Source: Promethearchaeota archaeon
Lineage (GTDB): Archaea > Asgardarchaeota > Thorarchaeia > Thorarchaeales > Thorarchaeaceae
Assembly: GCA_014728035.1 (NCBI GenBank)
Contig: WJMJ01000046.1
Location: forward strand, 96,001 to 160,000
Reading direction: 5' to 3'
DNA: 64,000 bases
Each line of letters begins with the position of its first letter. Within the stretch, counting starts at the first letter, position 1. Positions 47,908-58,380 of this stretch are shown piece by piece. Both the position numbers and the translations under genes were made by a program. Below the pieces are notes generated by a model. The model made no database searches. It worked only from the letters and a program-made list of their open reading frames with translations, and had not been told where the DNA came from.

Positions 47908-48884
47908 ATGATATCTTGTTCATCGGTACGCCATTTGGGCAATACACTAGATTCATTGATTGTAACCGAGTCACCAGCCCTATGTTGTAAGAGACCGGTC
48001 CATGCAATCATCGCACCCTGGTCTCCTGCAAGAGTAGGAGTAACACGATGAAAACTTGCATCGTGTCTTTTCGCCATACCTTCAAGAATAGCAGTTAACC
48101 GATTATTTTTAGCTACTCCTCCAGTAAGAAGTACCTCATTTTTTTTGGTATGTGCTAGTGCACGTTCACTAACTTCAGCTAACATACTAAATGCGGTTTC
48201 TTGGATGCTGTAACAGATGCTAGAGAGAGAAACACCTTCTGAGTGAAGACGGCGCGCTGCAGTAAGCATTCCAGAATAACTTAGGTCCATTCCTTTTACA
48301 GAATAAGGTAATTCATAATAATCAGACACCTCGGATGCAGCTTCTTCAATTTTTGGGCCTGCGGGAAAACGCATACCAATACTACGACCAAAAGTATCAA
48401 GCATATTTCCCAATGCAATATCAAGTGTTTCTCCAAAAGTTCGAAAACGACCACCTGAAAATGCAATAGTTTGGGTATTGCCACCAGACACATAGACTGT
48501 AACAGGGTCTCGAAAACCAGAATCCAAGCATCCAATTTCAATATGAGCTACACAATGATTCACACCAACCAATGGTACATTCAATTTTATGGCAATGGTA
48601 CGAGCTATCGTCGCAGTTGTTCTTAGACAAGGACCAAGACCAGGGCCCCTTGAGAACGAAACAATATCAATTTCATTCGGAGAAACACCTGATGTCTTAA
48701 TAGCCTCGCGAATTATTTGTGGGCCCAGCTCAGAGTGATGACGACTTGCCTCTCGTGGATGAATCCCACCTTCTGAAGGAGTCAACATATCCCAGACATT
48801 AGACAGGATCACCCCATCTTCAGACACGATTCCTGCACCAAATGAGTGTGCAGTGCCTTCTATACCTAGCGAGATAAGAGTCAT
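47892..48884 (-). CDS. kae1: t6A synthase Kae1
   Basis: GIEGTAH, GPGLGPCL, NHCVAHIE, SGGNTQ, GETLDIA, DQGAMIAW. Confidence 0.96.
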   Translation of the reverse strand: MTLISLGIEGTAHSFGAGIVSEDGVILSNVWDMLTPSEGGIHPREASRHHSELGPQIIREAIKTSGVSPNEIDIVSFSRGPGLGPCLRTTATIARTIAIKLNVPLVGVNHCVAHIEIGCLDSGFRDPVTVYVSGGNTQTIAFSGGRFRTFGETLDIALGNMLDTFGRSIGMRFPAGPKIEEAASEVSDYYELPYSVKGMDLSYSGMLTAARRLHSEGVSLSSICYSIQETAFSMLAEVSERALAHTKKNEVLLTGGVAKNNRLTAILEGMAKRHDASFHRVTPTLAGDQGAMIAWTGLLQHRAGDSVTINESSVLPKWRTDEQDIIWRDI

Positions 48885-49004
48885 TATCTTTCACCAAAGA
48901 CCTATGATGCATGTTACTTAATATTGCTGGAAAATATGCCCTCTGCAAAGGTTTAAATTCCATCCAATGAGGCACAGAGATGAGGCGATTCATTGTCCGA
49001 AAAG

Positions 49005-49220
49005 ATGCCGATAAAAGCTCTTGAAGCAGCACTAAATGATGTAATTTCGATTAAGTTGAAAGACCAGAGGATATTCAGAGGACGCCTCACAAGATGTGAC
49101 GTTTACATGAACCTTACTCTTGCAGATGCAGAAGAGATTGAAGAAGATCAAGTCAGAGCCAAATATGGGCAGCTTTTACTTCGAGGAAACAATATATTGT
49201 GGATTCAAATTCCAGAGTGA
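49005..49220 (+). CDS. Sm/LSm protein
   Basis: Sm1 G.L...D.YMNL.L and Sm2 LRGNNI. Confidence 0.88.
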   Translation: MPIKALEAALNDVISIKLKDQRIFRGRLTRCDVYMNLTLADAEEIEEDQVRAKYGQLLLRGNNILWIQIPE

Positions 49221-49224
49221 AAGA

Positions 49225-51273
49225 TTACCTACTATCAATTCCATCTCTACGATAACGTTCTACTAACTCAATAAGAGCTTCCTCGCCTTTTTGGCGGGCT
49301 CGTTCCTTGGTTTCATCAACAAAATCTTTCATTTGTTGTTCGAATTTTGAACGGTTAATAAATGCGAATTCATCTATTCGACGCAACTCAACACAATCTG
49401 CATCAATGACAGGAATAATAGCACGAATAAGTTCTTCACGTGAGAGATGAGAGATGGGTGTATCAACAATAACAGCACGAATTTCGTTCTCTATCAGAAT
49501 ACGTGCTGTTTGAGGGCCCCCGCCAGATGCATCCTCAAATAGAATAATATCACCGGATTTCAATGGAGAAACTTTTCTTGTAAACTCTTCAATACTTTCT
49601 CTAGTGAAATGAGGAATTGATTTCACAGCAATCATATCTCCACGCATTTCTAGGCGTCTAACACCTCTTAGTTGAGATAGTCGTTTCTTCAGTTTTCCAA
49701 GACGTTTTCGTAGTCTTTTGTTTTCTTTCTTAGATTTTCTTAGTTGGTCTTTTTGCTTAACCAGTTCGCGATCAAGTTTTATTTTCCAATAATTCTCTTT
49801 CTGAACAATCTCAAGACTACGGGATAGCTCACTCTCTCGGAACCGGAGAAATTCGACAAGTCTTTTCGAGTCCTCTAATTTCTCTTTAAGAGTTTCATTC
49901 TCAGACTTCAGCAAACTATATTGCTCTTTTAAAGAATCGAATCTTTCAGGAGTTAACGCAACTGGTTCTTCTTCAACAATAGTTTCTGACGATTCTTCAA
50001 CAGGTTCGGCTGCTTGTTCAATAAGTTGAGAAATAGCATCGTCTATTGATGTTCCCTTTACAACAAGCGCCTTCAGATGAGTTCTATCGACTGCAATTTG
50101 TTCCTCACGTACTTTTCTATCAATCTGATTTAGCTTTGAAAGTATGCTGCGATATGCATAGACCGCGGCGGTAAGGGCATCTCTTTCATGTGCATTCCGA
50201 ACCCGAGTTTCTTCAGCGTATTCTCTTGCAATTTGTTGCTTTTCAGAAACAGGTATATCACGGTGAGGGGTATAGATATCAGTATTGATAGTACTAGCTA
50301 TTTTTTTCAATAGACTTGGTGCTTTTTGAACATCAGACGCGACTAAAATTGGAATTCCCTCTTGGTAAACCATACGAATGATGTCAGCACGTGTTAGGTG
50401 TTTCTTACTTGTGATTTTGTGAATTTTTCCATAGAGAGTTAAAAGACAAATCGCGGCAGTAGTACCTGGATCAATACCCAGTATGAAATATTTTGCACGA
50501 GAATGAATTGGAGATGGTTTGGGTTCAAGAGGCAAAAATTCTGTACGTTTTCGAACTGGAGATACAATTACTCGAAAATCACGTCCACGTGATGGTTCAA
50601 CAAGACCCCTAATAGCTGGAAGAGGAGCATACGCTACTATTCTGGATCGTGAATAACCAAAATCAGCTTCTCTTACAGCAACATCATATTCTATCTCTGC
50701 ACCTTTTAAGGTTGATTCGATATGACGAGTCATTTGTTGAATACGCGAGTGCATTTTTCGCCTATAACGATTAACACTTTGCCCACCACGCCCTAACTTT
50801 CTACCTCGAACTACCTTAATTTCAGTTTGCCCACTAAAACATTCAATGGTATACCCAACACCTAAAGCTGCCAATTCTGCAGCAAGTCTGGCGGATTCAA
50901 GGGGTGTAGGTTTGCCTTGGACTTTTAATTTATACTTGCGAGCAAGACGCTTCAGGGGAACCTGTTTGGGAGGCACTCCAGTTACTTGAACAATTCGTGT
51001 TTCATGTGGCAATCTATCCACAAAAGAAAACAATGATTTACTATCTGGAACTATTTCAAAGATATTGTCTGTACAAAGCCATTTGGGTTCAAACTCATTT
51101 ACACGGCGTATCAATGCATTACGAGAGATATTGGAATACTCATTTAGCACAACACCATCAAGCATAACCACACACGCATATTTTGCAGGTTTTTGAGACC
51201 GTATACTATGTGATGGGAGAATATCAAACCCCATAATGAATTCGCGATCATCGCCCATAGGCTCTGCACTCAA
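49225..51273 (-). CDS. DUF460 protein (RNase H-like fold plus coiled coil)
   Basis: GFDI, DNIFE, GRGGQS.NRY.R, GIDPGTT, HERDAL.AA, coiled coil. Confidence 0.85.
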   Translation of the reverse strand: MSAEPMGDDREFIMGFDILPSHSIRSQKPAKYACVVMLDGVVLNEYSNISRNALIRRVNEFEPKWLCTDNIFEIVPDSKSLFSFVDRLPHETRIVQVTGVPPKQVPLKRLARKYKLKVQGKPTPLESARLAAELAALGVGYTIECFSGQTEIKVVRGRKLGRGGQSVNRYRRKMHSRIQQMTRHIESTLKGAEIEYDVAVREADFGYSRSRIVAYAPLPAIRGLVEPSRGRDFRVIVSPVRKRTEFLPLEPKPSPIHSRAKYFILGIDPGTTAAICLLTLYGKIHKITSKKHLTRADIIRMVYQEGIPILVASDVQKAPSLLKKIASTINTDIYTPHRDIPVSEKQQIAREYAEETRVRNAHERDALTAAVYAYRSILSKLNQIDRKVREEQIAVDRTHLKALVVKGTSIDDAISQLIEQAAEPVEESSETIVEEEPVALTPERFDSLKEQYSLLKSENETLKEKLEDSKRLVEFLRFRESELSRSLEIVQKENYWKIKLDRELVKQKDQLRKSKKENKRLRKRLGKLKKRLSQLRGVRRLEMRGDMIAVKSIPHFTRESIEEFTRKVSPLKSGDIILFEDASGGGPQTARILIENEIRAVIVDTPISHLSREELIRAIIPVIDADCVELRRIDEFAFINRSKFEQQMKDFVDETKERARQKGEEALIELVERYRRDGIDSR

Positions 51274-51362
51274 TACAGAAATGAAAATAATTGCTATAAG
51301 CCTTGAGATTAAGTCAGAAATACTACTAGCATCCTAAAACAACAAGTATAATAAAGAGTCAC

Positions 51363-51680
51363 TTGAACAACTCCCCACACTCTTGCGAGGTGCGATATTT
51401 GTCAGAAACAATTGAAATAAGCAACGACGATGCCATAATACGCCTTGGACGTGCCTTATCATCTAAGACACGCCTAAAGATACTAAGACTGCTGCTTGAG
51501 GAAGAAAAAGATGTGACACGAGTCGCACGACACCTCGGGGGCACTGAAGCAAATGCAAGTGCACAAATCAAGATCTTGCAGGAAACAGACCTACTAGATT
51601 GCAGATATGAGCCGGGTCAACATGGACTCAAGAAAATATCTTCAACAAAAGTCAAAAAGATAATAATTAGTTTTGAATAA
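51363..51680 (+). CDS. ArsR-like HTH regulator
   Basis: ALSSKTRLKIL, EANASAQIKIL, PG.HGL.K. Confidence 0.75.
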   Translation: MNNSPHSCEVRYLSETIEISNDDAIIRLGRALSSKTRLKILRLLLEEEKDVTRVARHLGGTEANASAQIKILQETDLLDCRYEPGQHGLKKISSTKVKKIIISFE

Positions 51681-51693
51681 TCAAAATTATGAT

Positions 51694-51714
51694 GCTGAGC
51701 AATCAATGCTCAGC
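51694..51714. terminator. Hairpin between convergent genes
   Basis: gctgagca-atcaa-tgctcagc. Confidence 0.5.
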
Positions 51715-51725
51715 GATTTTTAATT

Positions 51726-52349
51726 CTATTCAGAAGAAAATCTGCCATCAGCTGAAAGATGTGCTTTCCATCGTTTTATCCTTCGCAATATATTATCTCG
51801 TTCTTCATCACGAATTCCACGCTTTCCTCTAGCTTTTAGGAATTTTAAAACAACATCCATATCACGAGATACTTTTTCATTTGGATGCTCATCCGTGATA
51901 AGGTATTCTTTTGCAGCGAGAAGGTATTCTGCTATTATTTCAGCGGGAGCCTCTCCAGTATTAAGTTCATGAGAGATTGGATCCAATAAACGAGCTACTC
52001 GAGCCGCTGCTACTGTCGCTGTATCAGGTTTGGAGACCTTCTCTACAGGAGCCCTATCCTCTTCATCCAAGGGAGAAACATCTGATGGCTTTTCTGGAGT
52101 GGGGTCTGCAGAGGATTTGGGAATGGAGTCCTCAGTAGGGGTTGCCGCTATTGGTTTTGGAGTGTCTTCAGCAGGAGAGGAACGAATGATTTCAGAAAAA
52201 AGGGCCTCGGGTTTTATAGAAGGAGGCAATTTGATATCAGCTTCATCCAATCTTCTTCGTAATTCTCGTAACTGATCAAATAACTCAACTAGTCCAGACT
52301 GCATTGATTCTATGATTTGTAAAATTTCAGTCAGATTATCTTTTGACAC
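51726..52349 (-). CDS. Hypothetical protein: coiled coil, Pro-rich linker, helical C-domain
   Basis: Long ORF co-oriented after herA. Confidence 0.7.
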   Translation of the reverse strand: MSKDNLTEILQIIESMQSGLVELFDQLRELRRRLDEADIKLPPSIKPEALFSEIIRSSPAEDTPKPIAATPTEDSIPKSSADPTPEKPSDVSPLDEEDRAPVEKVSKPDTATVAAARVARLLDPISHELNTGEAPAEIIAEYLLAAKEYLITDEHPNEKVSRDMDVVLKFLKARGKRGIRDEERDNILRRIKRWKAHLSADGRFSSE

Positions 52350-52420
52350 TATAACAGAACCCCAGATTCTTTTTCAAGCTCAATTGGAGCGTGTATTCTT
52401 ATCAGCATTTTGGACATTGT

Positions 52421-53929
52421 CTATTTTTCAGCTCGTAACAATGCATCAGACAGAGATTTAGCTTTTCCAGATGGCTCAAAATATCGTTTTCTTATTTTTA
52501 CAAAAGTTGGTACTGAAACAGTTTCGCCGACAAAAAGTGATTCTCCAACCTCCAAGGTAGTGATTGCATCCAATGCAGCTCTATCAATGCCCTCACTGCT
52601 TCTTCCGATATGATCCAAATCATATGGATTAGTACACCGGAAAATAGCTTGATTACTACACTGACTCAGAACAGTTGTAGAAAGCTTGACAGGACGTTGA
52701 GAAATCAAACATAAAAGTGCAAAGAATTTTCGACCTTCTCGTGCAATGGTTTCAATACGACTTTTTGGAAGAGCTAAATCATGTCGACTCTCAGGACAAA
52801 ACTGATGAGCTTCTTCAAGAACTAATAGAAAAGGAGGAATAGATTCTCTTCGCCGAAGATAGAGTAGCTCGTTAGCCAAATGAGCTACCACAATTTGCTT
52901 TTTTCTAAGGCTAATGAAATCGCTGAGGTCTATGATTGTTAACCTACCAGGTTGTACAATTGACTTAATATCTGGAACTGCCTCCTTCCCAAATAATCGT
53001 GTTTCTTCTAGATTATAGAGCCAGCCAATCAGTGCATCGCGAGTGTTACCTTTGATAGTGTCATCATCTCGTATATAGTCAATCAATTCCTTCAGAGAAT
53101 AACCATCCTTATAGAAAGATTGAATTTCGGATAATACCCGCTTTAGTTCTCTTTTTTGTACGGTACTCATATCCGAAACAAGAGACCCAATGCCTTCTGC
53201 TGTCATCGAATTAACCGGGATTTGTAGATGAGCCCCACGGATATGCTCAACATCAACTATCGAGCTTTCGGTTTTGGTAAGAGGCTCAATGTCTTTTAGA
53301 TATCTGTACTCACCATGAACATCTATTAAGACAATTGCAATCCGTCCCTGCTTCTTTGTACGTGTAAGTAATTCTTCAAGCAAAACTGAAACAAAGTAGG
53401 ACTTGCCAGCCCCACTCATAGCGAGAATAGCAAGATGTTTTGACAATAATCTATCGATACTGGGAGTAAATGCAAGATTGTGATGACCTAAAGAACCGAG
53501 ATTTAAGCCGTTATTGGGATCTAGTCTGAGAAATTGGGATAGTACTGATGCATCAACCTGTCGAACTACAGAACCAGGTGACACTGCGAAATATGGACGA
53601 ACCGGTCGATTGTTTGCCCATAGCCCAACCACACGTGCAGAAGCAACCGTGTATTGCCATCGATCGGTTGGAAAAATTGAACGAAGGGGTTCTCCACGTG
53701 ATTGATATTCCCTAACAGCTTCTGCATGTTGATAGTATCTATTAGTACGAATTAAATCTTGAACCCGAGATATTACCTCTCCTGCAGGAGTTACAACTGA
53801 TACAAATTCACCCCTTTTAACAATTATTTCATTGGAAACTCCCTCTAGAACAAAAGAAAATTCCATGACATTTGGCGTGCCATTTTCACAAACCACGGTT
53901 CCAAGACGATTATGAGTGTCAGATACCAT
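52421..53929 (-). CDS. herA: HerA-family ATPase/helicase
   Basis: HAS-barrel N-terminus, HLAILAMSGAGKS, DVHGEY, EEAHQF, REGRKF, SQRP. Confidence 0.9.
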   Translation of the reverse strand: MVSDTHNRLGTVVCENGTPNVMEFSFVLEGVSNEIIVKRGEFVSVVTPAGEVISRVQDLIRTNRYYQHAEAVREYQSRGEPLRSIFPTDRWQYTVASARVVGLWANNRPVRPYFAVSPGSVVRQVDASVLSQFLRLDPNNGLNLGSLGHHNLAFTPSIDRLLSKHLAILAMSGAGKSYFVSVLLEELLTRTKKQGRIAIVLIDVHGEYRYLKDIEPLTKTESSIVDVEHIRGAHLQIPVNSMTAEGIGSLVSDMSTVQKRELKRVLSEIQSFYKDGYSLKELIDYIRDDDTIKGNTRDALIGWLYNLEETRLFGKEAVPDIKSIVQPGRLTIIDLSDFISLRKKQIVVAHLANELLYLRRRESIPPFLLVLEEAHQFCPESRHDLALPKSRIETIAREGRKFFALLCLISQRPVKLSTTVLSQCSNQAIFRCTNPYDLDHIGRSSEGIDRAALDAITTLEVGESLFVGETVSVPTFVKIRKRYFEPSGKAKSLSDALLRAEK

Positions 53930-53935
53930 ATTGGA

Positions 53936-55099
53936 TTAACCCCCAAAAGGATTTCTAGACCGACGCTTTTCAAGTGTTGCATAAGTTAAACCAGATAGCG
54001 CCATTAGTCTATCAATAATTAACTGAGTTTCATTCAAACTTATCTTCGCTCGGGCATCTGCCTCTAAAATAGGAGATGGGATGCCATATTCAGGATGTTG
54101 CCACGAAAGAGGTAATATGGCAGCAAGAGCTTTGTCAATTTTACTTGAAACATTGACTTCATTATCTTTTACCAGTATTTCAACCCGTAGTGGTAAATCA
54201 TCTCTTGCTGTTTTCAGATAGGTTACCCAAATTGAAGACGCCCAATCAGTCAAGTCTTTAGGTACAGAATTAGGAGTTTGAGTAAACTCAACAGAGTATC
54301 TGAATGCAAAAGTTCGTTCAGCTTCCTCTAAAAAGGTGTCAAGTAAATCACAGTCCCTAGAAATTTTCAATAACCACCTATAGTCAATACCATGCATTTT
54401 ATCAAAAACGGAGGGTTTTCGGATGATGTGTGGAAGGACATCACCCAGCATGTTGACAATTCTAGCAGATCTGCTATCTTTGACTATACCAACCAATGTG
54501 GTTTTTTTCTTTGTTGCAGTAGAATATAATTGTCGATATAAGGCTAAAACTTGTTCATATTTCTCATAAACCAATGAGCCAGAAGGAGGACGATCTTTTG
54601 GATGGTAGAAAAGAGACCCATCAATAAGAATCAAATCAGTATGAAACTCTTCAAGGACTGCAAGAGTCACACGTAGTTCTGTGGCAATTCTTTCAAGTGA
54701 CGCTAGCTGATCTAATTCGGTACTTGAAAGTGTTAACATAATGGGACGGACAGTTGGTTCTGGAAAAGCATCAGGATAAAAATCAACTGTTGGGCCTTCG
54801 GACGACTGAAAGCTGAACACAACCGCAACTCCACGAGTTAGAAGTAAATCCATTGAACGGAAACGGCGACGAACTAATCCACCATCAACACCAGCAATTC
54901 GAAGCCCTGAAAGTGGTGTTGGTTGAATGGATTTGATAAAATCAAATTCGTCAGTGCTTTTGGCAAGTAATGGAAATCTGTTTAGTTCAATTTCGCCTTT
55001 TATTTCTCTTAGGACAGAACCAAAACGAGACCTTGTAGATTCGATTCGCTCAATCTCTTCCACAAGTAAAGACAACATTCGATCAAGATTCTTATCCAT
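53936..55099 (-). CDS. nurA: NurA nuclease
   Basis: AGVDGG, E, LIDGSL, GIVKDS, YG.P..ILEAD..AKI. Confidence 0.88.
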   Translation of the reverse strand: MDKNLDRMLSLLVEEIERIESTRSRFGSVLREIKGEIELNRFPLLAKSTDEFDFIKSIQPTPLSGLRIAGVDGGLVRRRFRSMDLLLTRGVAVVFSFQSSEGPTVDFYPDAFPEPTVRPIMLTLSSTELDQLASLERIATELRVTLAVLEEFHTDLILIDGSLFYHPKDRPPSGSLVYEKYEQVLALYRQLYSTATKKKTTLVGIVKDSRSARIVNMLGDVLPHIIRKPSVFDKMHGIDYRWLLKISRDCDLLDTFLEEAERTFAFRYSVEFTQTPNSVPKDLTDWASSIWVTYLKTARDDLPLRVEILVKDNEVNVSSKIDKALAAILPLSWQHPEYGIPSPILEADARAKISLNETQLIIDRLMALSGLTYATLEKRRSRNPFGG

Positions 55100-56804
55100 C
55101 AGTCCTCACACTTCTATATTTCATTGCTGCCCTTATTAGACCCAAGTATAATGGATGTGGACTACCTGGACGAGAGAGAAATTCTGGATGAAATTGCACA
55201 CCAATCCAGAAGGGATGCTTCGGTATCTCAATAGCATTAATGATAGTATCGGATTCATCGAGTGCAGAAACAACTAAACCTTTTTCATGCATTTTACTGA
55301 TATATCGGTCAATTAAATGAAAACGATGCCTAAATCTTTCGAAAGTTTCAGTTGCTCCATAGATGCTATGAAGTTTTGTACCTTCCTTAATAATAACTTT
55401 CTGACCACCCAAACGCATTGTTCCTCCCTTATTTTCAATTATTTTTTGTTCATCCATCAAATCAACAACGGGATAGAGACTGTCATCGTTCACTTCGGTA
55501 GTATGAGCATCTTTCCATTTCATAATCTTCCTTGCAAAAGCAACTGTTCCCAGCTGACCACCATAACAAATTCCAAGAAATGGGATCTTTGAACTCAGTG
55601 TAACCGCCGCGGCACTGATCATTCCCTCAACACCACGAGCTCCAAAACCAGGTGTGAGAAGTACTCCATCAACATCCTTCAAATCTTCTGTCAAGCAAGA
55701 TTCATCACACCGTTCATCAGTTTCAATCCATTTGATTTTTATTTTCACACCACAGGCTGCTCCTGCATGAGAGAGAGCTTCATTGATGCTTTTGTAAGAA
55801 TCACTGAGGAGGGTGTATTTCCCTGGCATTGCAATAGTAATTGTGCCTTTTGTACTTTCAAACGATTCAACAATTTCTGCCCATTTTCTTGTATCAGGTT
55901 CATGATCTGTAAGATTGAAATGGCGTGTGAGAATAGAACCCAATTTCTGTTCTTCAAAGTATAAAGGAAGGCGATAAATCACAGGGATATCAGGATTAGA
56001 AATAACATTATCTTCTGAAACATTACAAAACAAAGCAACTTTAGCTGTAGCTGAAGGAGTTAGTTGTTTCTCTGCACGGCAAACAACTATATCAGGCTGC
56101 AACCCAAGACCTTGTAGTGTACGAACACTATGTTGCGTTGGTTTTGTCTTAAATTCTCCCACGGACTTCATGTATGGAACCAATGTGACATGTACAAATG
56201 CAACATTCTGACGCCCGATTTCAAGTGCCAATTGACGAACTGCCTCAAGGAAAGGCATAGCTTCTATGTCACCGACAGTGCCACCAATTTCTACAAGCAA
56301 TACGTCAGGACGAGGTGTTTTTTCAATTAATTCCCAAATTCGCTGTTTTATTTTATCAGTGATATGAGGTATTATTTGAACGGTTCTGCCTAAAAAACTC
56401 CCTTTCCTTTCACCCAAAATTACCGAGATATAGATTTGCCCCGATGTGATATTATGAGAGGGGTGGGCGTTCATTCCCGTAAATCTTTCATATGTTCCAA
56501 AATCCAAATCTATTTCTGATATTGTAAAATCTAAATCACCTGCAGGTCTGAAGTTCCATGCTTGTTCAGTAACAAAAACTTCACCGTGTTCTATTGGATT
56601 CAATGTGCCAGGGTCAATATTTAGATATGGATCTATTTTCACAATACGTACACTATATCCCCGAAATTGAAAGAGCTTTGCAAGAGATGCAGTTGTCACG
56701 CCTTTACCAATACCAGACAGTACGCCTCCAGTCACAAACACCAAACGAGTTGATTCGGTTTTTTCATTCAATAGCAGCAACACCAGACCAAGATATCTGG
56801 ACAC
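55092..56804 (-). CDS. pyrG: CTP synthase
   Basis: TGGVLSGIGKG, DPYLNIDPGT, KTKPTQHSV, GICYG, ERFRHR, QFHPEF. Confidence 0.96.
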   Translation of the reverse strand: MSRYLGLVLLLLNEKTESTRLVFVTGGVLSGIGKGVTTASLAKLFQFRGYSVRIVKIDPYLNIDPGTLNPIEHGEVFVTEQAWNFRPAGDLDFTISEIDLDFGTYERFTGMNAHPSHNITSGQIYISVILGERKGSFLGRTVQIIPHITDKIKQRIWELIEKTPRPDVLLVEIGGTVGDIEAMPFLEAVRQLALEIGRQNVAFVHVTLVPYMKSVGEFKTKPTQHSVRTLQGLGLQPDIVVCRAEKQLTPSATAKVALFCNVSEDNVISNPDIPVIYRLPLYFEEQKLGSILTRHFNLTDHEPDTRKWAEIVESFESTKGTITIAMPGKYTLLSDSYKSINEALSHAGAACGVKIKIKWIETDERCDESCLTEDLKDVDGVLLTPGFGARGVEGMISAAAVTLSSKIPFLGICYGGQLGTVAFARKIMKWKDAHTTEVNDDSLYPVVDLMDEQKIIENKGGTMRLGGQKVIIKEGTKLHSIYGATETFERFRHRFHLIDRYISKMHEKGLVVSALDESDTIINAIEIPKHPFWIGVQFHPEFLSRPGSPHPLYLGLIRAAMKYRSVRTDG

Positions 56805-56862
56805 ATCCAGAATTTATTGCTGGAAGATATGAATCATGTATAAGTGATTCGTTATCTTCCAT

Positions 56863-57450
56863 TCATCCAGTAGCTTGAGCTAAAACACTAGCTCTAAGAG
56901 AGTCTTGGAAAATTAGCTGGAAAGCTTCCATAATCATATTCCCCTCTTTAGCTATACTTTTGAAAATAGGGATCGAATCAGGTAAGCGAAGATAGGATCT
57001 AAATCGAGTCTCATCAATTGCATTTGGTAAATCTTGTTTGTTTAAACAAACAGCAATAGGAAGTGACGTGTCTTCTTCGGAAAGCATCGAAAGTAACTCA
57101 TTCCAGCTTTGCAGGTTCTCTTCCAGAAGATTGTCTTGTGAATCAGCAACGAAGATGATGCCATCCGTTCCAACTAAAACAACCTCTCGAGTAGAACGGT
57201 AGAAATCCTGTCCGGTTGCAGACCAGATATGTGCATTCACCATCCAGCTATTCCCAAGTGGAATTGGAATAGTACCGAAATCACAAAACATGGTTCTACC
57301 AACAGTATTCTCAATTGATGTCAGCCGATCACTGAAATCTAATGCTGAGAATAACCATTGAATGGATGTTGTTTTTCCACTCATGGCCGGTCCAAAGAAC
57401 ACAATTTTCACATTGACTGTTTTATTGCCATAATCTATTATCAAACTCAT
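56863..57450 (-). CDS. MglA-like small GTPase
   Basis: KIVFFGPAMSGKTT, RTMFCDF, TGQ.FY, DGIIFVADSQ, NKQDL, SIA..G. Confidence 0.9.
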   Translation of the reverse strand: MSLIIDYGNKTVNVKIVFFGPAMSGKTTSIQWLFSALDFSDRLTSIENTVGRTMFCDFGTIPIPLGNSWMVNAHIWSATGQDFYRSTREVVLVGTDGIIFVADSQDNLLEENLQSWNELLSMLSEEDTSLPIAVCLNKQDLPNAIDETRFRSYLRLPDSIPIFKSIAKEGNMIMEAFQLIFQDSLRASVLAQATG

Positions 57451-57462
57451 AACCTCCTAATT

Positions 57463-58380
57463 TCATGTACCCCACATGCTATCAACCCAAGCACCAAGCC
57501 CAGATAAGGTGCCATTTTTTACACAGTCTGAAAAATCTTCATGCCACTCAGCTCGAATGAACTGAATCAAATCAGATACAGTGCCACCTTTCCAACCAAT
57601 AGTTTCGAAAAGGTTTCGCTCTGTCAAAGATGTGGAAGTACCAAGTTCTCGTGCAAGACGAATTCTTGAAAGAAGAGTAACAGCTCTTCTTGCAGCATGC
57701 ACATAATTGTTAATTTCTTCTACGAATACATCACGAGTTAATTTTTCAGCTTCATCATCAAGATTTAGAACCACTTTGGTTATATGTTCAGAATTTTCAA
57801 TATCACGTAAAGATTTTCTTAGTAATCTTCTAATTCGTTCAAGAGATTGATTTTTTCGTTCCAAAATTTTTGATACAATATTCTTCTCGACATCCAAAGA
57901 CCTAGCAATAGAACTAATCAATGAAAACGAGAAATCAGAGGGGGACATAATTCTCAAGATTCCACAATTTCCGGATTCGGCTACTTTTTCAGTAATGGAA
58001 CTCAGTGTTTCCGAATTTATTTCCATGCCCAAAGACTTGGAACCAAGAGGAACTGAAATAACCCAGCTTGAAAAGGTGTTAATTCTTTCCAGCGCTAAAC
58101 GAAGATTGGACGAAAGACAACAAACAACAGTACGATTTACTTCATAATTGTGCTTTTCTTCTTCCAAAACGGATACGATATCATTTTCAGTCGTGAAATC
58201 ACGCCAGAAGACTAGTTTATGCCGGTGAGAGCAAAGTGATGATAGGCTCTCTGTGAGATCATCAACCAACTCGATATCTTCACCAACAACTAGAACAGGA
58301 ATTCGAGATAAGATCGTATTCAGAAGAAGGTGAAACTCCGAATTCATGATCTCAATTAGATTCAATATAGAATAAGTCAT
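57463..58380 (-). CDS. Putative DENN-core-like protein
   Basis: LL..IL..IPVLVVG.D..LV......L..L resembles the cDENN opening motif; lies between roadblock and GTPase genes. Confidence 0.5.
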   Translation of the reverse strand: MTYSILNLIEIMNSEFHLLLNTILSRIPVLVVGEDIELVDDLTESLSSLCSHRHKLVFWRDFTTENDIVSVLEEEKHNYEVNRTVVCCLSSNLRLALERINTFSSWVISVPLGSKSLGMEINSETLSSITEKVAESGNCGILRIMSPSDFSFSLISSIARSLDVEKNIVSKILERKNQSLERIRRLLRKSLRDIENSEHITKVVLNLDDEAEKLTRDVFVEEINNYVHAARRAVTLLSRIRLARELGTSTSLTERNLFETIGWKGGTVSDLIQFIRAEWHEDFSDCVKNGTLSGLGAWVDSMWGT

